A DNA stretch of 64,000 bases, taken from the IMG/VR virus record IMGVR_UViG_3300042673_002246. One strand, written 5' to 3'. Shown in pieces: positions 57,635 to 64,000 of the stretch. The notes below the pieces were generated by a model. That model saw nothing but the letters and a program-made list of their open reading frames with translations. It searched no databases and was not told where the DNA came from. The first letter of the stretch is position 1, and each line of letters opens with the position of its first letter. Source of the DNA: a virus. The position numbers and the translations under genes were made by a program.

Positions 57635-59050
57635 CTACTTGCTGTTCTTTGGATTTAGGCGATTCATTATCGCATCTTGGCCCGGAAACTTGGGACCCAT
57701 AACGCGTCCTGTTTCTGGCTTCTTTTCTACTCGCGGACCTGGTGCGATTGTTGGTGGCTGTGGCCTATCAGCTCCTGGTCTTTTTGATGAAGGAGTTCCA
57801 GGATTTGGTTTTTGTCCTGGTGGGTACTTCTTTCCAGGACTCGGAATACGGTCTGCTGGCTTGCTTGGTTGAGGCCTACTTGGGCTTGGGTATCTGTCGG
57901 CTGGCTTGGTGTCTTTTGGCTCCGGTTTTTGCCCAGGAGGATACTTTTTCCCTGGACTTGGATATCTGTCGGCAGGCTTCTGGTCCCTTGGTTTGGATGG
58001 TGACGGCTTTTGCCCTGGTGGGTATTTCTTTGGCGGGTCTGGATACCTATCTGCAGGCTTCTGGTCACGTGGTTTTGAAGGAGATGGCTTCTGTCCCGGA
58101 GGTGATGATGGTCCCTTTGGAAGACCGTCAGCAGATGGCTTACCATCTGCCCCTCTTAGAACCTTGTCGAAAGCTGCTCTAGCTCTTGCACGAGCATCTC
58201 TTTCTTCCTTGCTTCTATCCTCAACACGTCGATTCATTTTTATTCCCTGAAGCTTTAGCTGCTGACGAACAAATTTTCTTCTCTGCGCTTCATAGTTCGC
58301 ATCGCTTGAGCGTTGATATGGTTTTCTTTGCTCTTGTGGAGTGCCATCGAAAATCATTCCATCGCTGTCGTGGTCTACGGCTTCCGCTGGATTTGTTCCG
58401 GTAGGAGCAGCGCCGCCAGCGCGTTGGCCAATTGACATTCCAAGAGCGGCTTTGTACTCATAATCTTCAAGTTCATCTGACTTCTTCTTTGAGTTTTGGT
58501 AACGCTCAAGAAGTCTTTTCCCTTTTGCAGCAAGCGCTGCTGCATCTTCCATATTTTTGGGAACTGGTTCCCCCCATGCTGCAGCAGAAAGAGCAAGTCT
58601 TGTTGCTCTTCCTTTTTCGTCTTTCATTGGTCCACGTGGGTTGGTGAAAAATCTAGTAAGGAATGAACCCTTGCGACGCATTTTTTCCGGTGTATCAGCT
58701 GGGCCTCTTACTCCTGGCTTTAGATTTGCGCCTTCTGTTCTCTTGAAGAACGCTCTACCAGCAGCTGTCAAACCACCCTTTGGGTCTTTGAGTGGTTTTT
58801 TCCCGCCCTTTGTTTTTATGTATTCAGGAATTGCCGAGATTTGTTCCTCGGATGGGAATTCGAATTGACCGACACGATTAGAACCGTAATACTCATCGAA
58901 TATCGGCATGAAATCTTCTGATTTAAGTTCGATTAGCGTTTCATCAATTAGCTGCTCGAGCTCATCTTGTTCTTGGATATTGTTCGCTATTTGCTCTAAT
59001 TCGGCAAAAAGCTCTTCATCGCTTTTGATTTGTGACATCGCATCTTCCAT
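57635..59050 (-). CDS. putative head-associated protein with Pro/Lys-rich repeats
   Basis: Next to MCP; KDPKGGLTAAGR domain; KPADRYP/KKYPPGQKP repeats. Confidence 0.6.
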   Translation of the reverse strand: MEDAMSQIKSDEELFAELEQIANNIQEQDELEQLIDETLIELKSEDFMPIFDEYYGSNRVGQFEFPSEEQISAIPEYIKTKGGKKPLKDPKGGLTAAGRAFFKRTEGANLKPGVRGPADTPEKMRRKGSFLTRFFTNPRGPMKDEKGRATRLALSAAAWGEPVPKNMEDAAALAAKGKRLLERYQNSKKKSDELEDYEYKAALGMSIGQRAGGAAPTGTNPAEAVDHDSDGMIFDGTPQEQRKPYQRSSDANYEAQRRKFVRQQLKLQGIKMNRRVEDRSKEERDARARARAAFDKVLRGADGKPSADGLPKGPSSPPGQKPSPSKPRDQKPADRYPDPPKKYPPGQKPSPSKPRDQKPADRYPSPGKKYPPGQKPEPKDTKPADRYPSPSRPQPSKPADRIPSPGKKYPPGQKPNPGTPSSKRPGADRPQPPTIAPGPRVEKKPETGRVMGPKFPGQDAIMNRLNPKNSK

Positions 59051-59086
59051 GGTTCAATTTTCGCACAGATATGAAACTATAAAAGA

Positions 59087-59134
59087 AACAACCCCCGGTT
59101 TCACCGTTTTCACGATTACTCCCGGGGGTTATTT
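59087..59134 (-). terminator. intrinsic terminator after major capsid gene
   Basis: AACCCCCGG...CCGGGGGTT followed by a T-rich tail on the minus strand. Confidence 0.6.
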
Positions 59135-59167
59135 CAACTCAAACTGGATAACCAGTTATTGGATTAA

Positions 59168-60517
59168 TCAGCTTGGCTCGTTGTCGAAGTCAACTTTGAC
59201 GAATGCTTCTGGACGCTTGACAGCAAGGGCGAGTCTCTGCTCGGCCAAGATGACGATTGCGTTGCGCACGAAGAAGTCTGAGTGCTGTTCCGAAATTCGG
59301 ATTGAAGCCTCTTCTCTGTCGTACAGCTGAGCACCGGTACCGAATGCACCGACCAGGGCTGTTCCCTCAGCGATTGCCGGGGTGTCAACGACTGGCATTC
59401 TCCAAACGCGTGGCTCGCCACCCATTGCCACTGACACAGCGACCAAGTACTGGCCGTTTGTATCCTTGGTCAATTCGATGTCTTCCCAGTCGTTCGGGTG
59501 CAACACGATGCCGGATGGCTCGTAGTAAGCAAGGAACGAGAGGGTTGCGGCACGACGAATTGCATCAGCCTTTGTGTCTGGAACTGGTGTGTCTGCACCG
59601 TCTGACCATGCGTACTCCTGAATGTTTGGAGTCTGAAGAACACCAAGAAGGTTTTCGCCAGTTCCATCGCCATTCAAAATCTGCGAGTCTTCTAGGAGAC
59701 GCAGACCGTACATGAGTTCGTTGTCGATGATTGAACGTAGCTGTGGCTCATCGGCGAGGACGTTGCGGTGTGCAGCTTCCCAGTGTGCCAATGTGCGAAC
59801 AGGAGCCTGCTCACCAACGAATGCGAACGATGACTGCGGCTTGATACCGAAGTTGCCACCAGAACGCTCAGCAACTGAAGATGCCGAGTTAACACCATGG
59901 CCAGCCTGAAGGGTTGTGAAACCGAGCTGACGGAAGTATTCGATTACTGCTGCAGATGTTCTGCGAACTGGGAACAGGTCGCGAACACGCTTTGTACGCA
60001 TTGGAGGAAGAACCATGGCATCGCGCTGAACGTTTCCGAAGCTGCCGAGGCGGCTGTCTGTAACTAGCGTTGTTGGCAATGCTGAGTAAACGTCCTTTAC
60101 GTTGTAAGCGGTCAATGAAGCAGCGACTTGCCATGGTGCAACCATGTTTGCGCCGTTACGGCCACCATTGAGTGTCTTGAACTCAGGTGACTCGATAAAC
60201 ATTTGACCGATTGACTTGATTTCGCGTGAGCTCAATTGACTGAGGTCTGCAGCTGCTGCAGCATAGCTTGAAGCTACTGCTTCTCCCTGTGGCTGTGATG
60301 ACCATGAGTCAACATCGCCCATTGTCTGAAGGTCAGCGAGCAGTGACTTAATTGACTTAATGTCCTGCATGTTCTTGTCGAATGCTGACTTCTGCTCAGA
60401 AGAAACAACTACTGTGCCTTCCTCGATTTTGAATGAGTCCGCAATGGCTTTATTGTCTGCCATTTTGGTGCGAAGAGCTGACTGCAGCTCTTCAATTCTT
60501 GCTTTGTCTTGTGACAT
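59168..60517 (-). CDS. major capsid protein, HK97 fold
   Basis: N-terminal coiled delta domain; ILNGDGTGENLLG, VLHPNDW, FVRN...AEQRLALAVKRPEAF. Confidence 0.93.
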   Translation of the reverse strand: MSQDKARIEELQSALRTKMADNKAIADSFKIEEGTVVVSSEQKSAFDKNMQDIKSIKSLLADLQTMGDVDSWSSQPQGEAVASSYAAAAADLSQLSSREIKSIGQMFIESPEFKTLNGGRNGANMVAPWQVAASLTAYNVKDVYSALPTTLVTDSRLGSFGNVQRDAMVLPPMRTKRVRDLFPVRRTSAAVIEYFRQLGFTTLQAGHGVNSASSVAERSGGNFGIKPQSSFAFVGEQAPVRTLAHWEAAHRNVLADEPQLRSIIDNELMYGLRLLEDSQILNGDGTGENLLGVLQTPNIQEYAWSDGADTPVPDTKADAIRRAATLSFLAYYEPSGIVLHPNDWEDIELTKDTNGQYLVAVSVAMGGEPRVWRMPVVDTPAIAEGTALVGAFGTGAQLYDREEASIRISEQHSDFFVRNAIVILAEQRLALAVKRPEAFVKVDFDNEPS

Positions 60518-60675
60518 GATTTGCTCCGTATTGGAATTTGAAGGGTTGAATTACTGCTTACGTCGTGGCTTAGGTAAGCACCCAGCCCTCGTAATATCAA
60601 AAATAACAGATGGTTTACATTCTTTAGTGCAACTAATAAAGTTTTATACAAAAGTGTGTAAATAGTAATTGCTAT

Positions 60676-61416
60676 TTATTTTTGACTGAGTTCCTCAGAA
60701 ATTGCGTGCTTTTTCTTTAGGTTGCTCTTGCCACCGGAACGAAAAACAGTACGAACGGCGTTCATTATTTCTCGGCTTCTGGTTCTCTCCGCATTTCTTC
60801 TTCCCAGCGAAGTTGAGCCGGTTCTATTTGCGTAATCGGTCATATTTGTGCAAGGCATCCAAACTGTTCTTCCGTTTTTGCTAACTCTCCTGCTTACGCC
60901 AATGCAACCGATTTGCCTAGCTCTTGACCGAGCTGAGTCTGGGTCCATGAACACATCTGTGTCATCTTCCCTTACGTATTGAGGGCCCTGAAGAGCTTTG
61001 CCGCTTACCGGGACACAGTTTGGGACCATGCTCCCATTTTTCCCAGGTTTCATTCCAACCTGTTTGTATCCAGGCCAACATGGACTGGATTCCGCTTTTC
61101 CAGCAAAATTCCCAGACACCAATCCACCGCCGTCGATTGTTTCTATTCCTCGAATCGGCATCTCGTTCAAGTTTTCCCAATTATCTATTCTTCGTTTTTT
61201 CTTTTTCTTTCCAGTGCTTCTTCCGGCAGCTTTTCTTTCTCCGGCAACAACGGTTCTCCATTTACTTGTTTCAGCAATATCTGATAGACGCTCAAGCTCA
61301 CCCATTGATGCACATGGCATCCAGTTGCCATCTTTATCCTTGTGCGCCCCAAAGCAACCCATTTCACGCGCAATTGCAAGTGCGTCAAGCTTCTTGACCA
61401 AGTCTGGTTTTTTCAT
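60676..61416 (-). CDS. hypothetical head-module protein
   Basis: Duplicated AR.(M/I)GC.G......WMPC unit; CWPGYKQVG...VPNCVP. Confidence 0.6.
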   Translation of the reverse strand: MKKPDLVKKLDALAIAREMGCFGAHKDKDGNWMPCASMGELERLSDIAETSKWRTVVAGERKAAGRSTGKKKKKRRIDNWENLNEMPIRGIETIDGGGLVSGNFAGKAESSPCWPGYKQVGMKPGKNGSMVPNCVPVSGKALQGPQYVREDDTDVFMDPDSARSRARQIGCIGVSRRVSKNGRTVWMPCTNMTDYANRTGSTSLGRRNAERTRSREIMNAVRTVFRSGGKSNLKKKHAISEELSQK

Positions 61417-62156
61417 ATCTTCCTGCCAAGTTTTGACTGCAGTGCAGCGATGAGTCTTTGATTTCCCTCTGGGACTATTGGCTCGCGCTTTGATTCAACA
61501 AGGAATTCAGCGTGCCTATTTGCGCGCCGTGAAGGTGATTCTGGATTTGCCGTTTTTTCGGCAACGTGTGCTCTCACTATTGCTTTTTGTCCGATTCTTT
61601 CAACTATCCGATTGATTGCAATAGACGCAAGACTATTAGCCTCTCTTGAAATTAGTTGTCCAGATTTTTTATCAAATCCAATTTTTTGATTATTTTTTAT
61701 AGAACTAAATACTTCTGAGCGCCTAGCTGAAGATGAGAACAACCTTGCCTTGAAGTCAACTATGTTGATTTTTTCAATAGGGCTCTTGAATTTATCAATC
61801 CCCCTGCTAGACGGGGAACGAAATCCATTGGTTTTTGTCTCTGATGGAAATCTTGAAGCGTTCAGTATTTTCTTCTGTGATGTCACGATTGGGGTAGATG
61901 GAACGATTACTTCTGGAGAATCAAAATTTATTCCATCAACTATTCTCTGTACCGAAGAGTTAATTTCCTTGAAATCAGTTGCAACAAATCCAGCAGGAAG
62001 TGATTTTGTTGCGTACGACTCACGCGAAACAACACCATCTATTAGGCTGTTTCCGAATTCGGTTAGTGATTTAACAATAAACTTTGAATCATCATCAATA
62101 GCTATGGCATGCGGCATATTGCGCAGCGCATCTTTTATTATGGAAATACGTTTCAC
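61413..62156 (-). CDS. hypothetical protein
   Basis: Coupled ORF. Confidence 0.6.
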   Translation of the reverse strand: MKRISIIKDALRNMPHAIAIDDDSKFIVKSLTEFGNSLIDGVVSRESYATKSLPAGFVATDFKEINSSVQRIVDGINFDSPEVIVPSTPIVTSQKKILNASRFPSETKTNGFRSPSSRGIDKFKSPIEKINIVDFKARLFSSSARRSEVFSSIKNNQKIGFDKKSGQLISREANSLASIAINRIVERIGQKAIVRAHVAEKTANPESPSRRANRHAEFLVESKREPIVPEGNQRLIAALQSKLGRKI

Positions 62157-63985
62157 TTGCCACCTCCGGAAATGAGACTTCGAAGTACTTGTTTTTGATT
62201 TTGTAGTACGTCAAGTCTTGAATTGAACAGTTTAGAAATAATGTTTAAGTGAATTTTTTCCCCATCAGACATCCCATACCCATTCATGTCGGATACAAAT
62301 TTTTTTGAGTTAAAACTTCTTGCCCGATTAATCATTTGTGACAAAAGTTTCATAAAAAGAACTCTTTGCTCTGCTCTTAGTTTTTGATAATAGTCAGAAT
62401 ATGCTGGAGTGAGTTGTGCGCCATAAAAATCATTGAGACGCATCTTCATTCTTTTTGTTATTTCTATTTTTGAGAGGTCAATCAATCCTGATGTGGTGTT
62501 ATCTGCCAATACCGCCCTGGTTCCATCAGCTGTATCTATTGGATAAATTGAGGATGCTGGTCTTGAGCGCTGGTCTGTCAAGAAGTCGCTTACAAGCATT
62601 CTTGCAACATCCGCAATATCAAGGTTTTCAAATTTTTGATTCGGGTTGAATACGCCACCAGGCACAGCAGACTCCACGTCCTGTCTCAGATACATTCTTT
62701 TATCGTTTGGTTTTCCAACAAATATCACATCCGGAGACTCCATGCCCAGATGCTGCTGGAGGTCTGACGCAAATCTCTCCGCTAGGTGCTGATAGTTTTT
62801 TGGCTTTTCGTAAACGAAATACTTTTGAGCCCCAGACTCAACCGCTGATATTGAATTTGATATTTTCTCCTTGCGGACTAATTGTTGATTTGCTAGAAGT
62901 TTTGCGAGAACGATAGGTGTAATTCGTGAAAAACTACCTCCGTCTGCAATGAAACTTATTGCATCATCAAGATTGTTTATTAGCTTTCCTCTCCCGGAAA
63001 GTGAAACCGTAGTTCGCGAGGTGCCCTGTTCTTCTTTTGGCAATTTCTGTAGTTTTCGCTTACCAAATAGCTTCTTTGCCCAGGCTGTTGTCCCATCAAT
63101 TATTTCATTAGGATTTTTGATTCCATCAAACGATTCGGAATACTGAATACCATCGCCTATTTCGTCGGCAACATTTCTCAGCCTTGCTCCTGGGTCTTTG
63201 CTGTTATTTATTTTTTGTGCTGAATTGACTACTCTTCCAAGTTTTCTTCTCTCGCCAACAGAGAGATTTCTGGCCTTAGACAGGCTTATTGTTGAACCAC
63301 CAGGTAGAACATAAATCAAACTTTTAATTCCAGTATTGGAAAGAAGTCCAAGCTCTTCTCCGCCGAGGTCGGATGAAGAAAGAGTCGACATAAGGTAGTA
63401 GGCGCCTTCCATGTCCCTGTTATCCGGGATAGCTCTCAGCACCTTCGTTGGAACTACTGGTTCCAGAACGAATCCATCACGCCTAACCATTCTCCTGGCT
63501 TTAGTGTTGGACGACAGGTTGAATTGACCGATTTCTTTTATGAGCGCTTTCACCTTGTCTGATGACGCTCTTCTGTTTTCGTTTCCAACGCGGGTAATTT
63601 GTGGTTTCCTGCTTGCAATAAGAGAGCTGTCGATTGGTCCGCCAGTAACAGTGCGACCCTGAACAGTGGATGGAAGTCCTGATGTGCCAGCTCCTCGTAT
63701 TGCTCTAATTGTTGCTCCGAGAGCGGAAGGAATATCAAAAAGTTTTGCACCGCACGTAGAAAGTCTGTTGTCAGTGAATCGCCCGCCGTACTGGTACCCT
63801 TCCGGACACCTGTAACCACGATTCTGACCCGGCCTTGAGCCACCCCTGCTCCCACCAAATCCAGGAGTTATTGTTCTGTATGTTGCAGAACGAATAGGGG
63901 AACGAATTGGTCCTGTATCTCCTGGCAGAAATGTGCTGAGCAATGTGCTTCCGAGTTGGCGGCCAAATTTTGCCTTAGTGCTCAT
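62153..63985 (-). CDS. hypothetical head-module protein, C-terminal degenerate kinase-like region
   Basis: YRCPEG..YGGRFTD...TCG; LAERFAS.L...LG...P...SDFLTDQRSR...LADN. Confidence 0.6.
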   Translation of the reverse strand: MSTKAKFGRQLGSTLLSTFLPGDTGPIRSPIRSATYRTITPGFGGSRGGSRPGQNRGYRCPEGYQYGGRFTDNRLSTCGAKLFDIPSALGATIRAIRGAGTSGLPSTVQGRTVTGGPIDSSLIASRKPQITRVGNENRRASSDKVKALIKEIGQFNLSSNTKARRMVRRDGFVLEPVVPTKVLRAIPDNRDMEGAYYLMSTLSSSDLGGEELGLLSNTGIKSLIYVLPGGSTISLSKARNLSVGERRKLGRVVNSAQKINNSKDPGARLRNVADEIGDGIQYSESFDGIKNPNEIIDGTTAWAKKLFGKRKLQKLPKEEQGTSRTTVSLSGRGKLINNLDDAISFIADGGSFSRITPIVLAKLLANQQLVRKEKISNSISAVESGAQKYFVYEKPKNYQHLAERFASDLQQHLGMESPDVIFVGKPNDKRMYLRQDVESAVPGGVFNPNQKFENLDIADVARMLVSDFLTDQRSRPASSIYPIDTADGTRAVLADNTTSGLIDLSKIEITKRMKMRLNDFYGAQLTPAYSDYYQKLRAEQRVLFMKLLSQMINRARSFNSKKFVSDMNGYGMSDGEKIHLNIISKLFNSRLDVLQNQKQVLRSLISGGGK

Positions 63986-64000
63986 GATTCCATTTGAATC

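Overview
This window is a 64-kb piece of a large tailed dsDNA phage, probably of an actinobacterial host (WhiB gene, actinobacterial-type ferredoxin, a CGAAC-N4-GTTCG LexA box, leaderless genes). The right half (~30-64 kb) is ordinary phage core: HK97-fold major capsid protein and neighbouring putative head proteins, primase-helicase, SSB, class II ribonucleotide reductase, ThyX, MazG, thioredoxin, lytic transglycosylase, eight tRNAs plus one D-armless tRNA-like gene, and a 2205-aa multidomain protein whose domains are separated by a repeated (R)LSSG motif. The left half (~2-30 kb) holds small early-type genes and has a striking cis-element system. (i) About 70 copies (manual count) of the motif ACTAGATAAGT occur in intergenic DNA, at gene junctions and inside proteins as Leu-Asp-Lys. 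(ii) Twenty promoter-like sites have the form AGATAA(G/A)TCTGC-N11-TAnnnT with invariant spacing. (iii) Symmetric AGCCCCG/CGGGGCT elements with flanking CCGACCACCCCG boxes recur; the outermost copies coincide with sharp switches between DNA nearly free of CCGG/GGCC/AGCT/TCGA/TTAA/CGCG and DNA rich in them. (iv) Eight co-oriented TGACGGTGGTGGAA boxes occur in the first 13 kb. I interpret this, as inference only, as a previously unrecognised early-region organising and transcription system. All counts are by eye, and protein family calls come from remembered motifs, not database searches.
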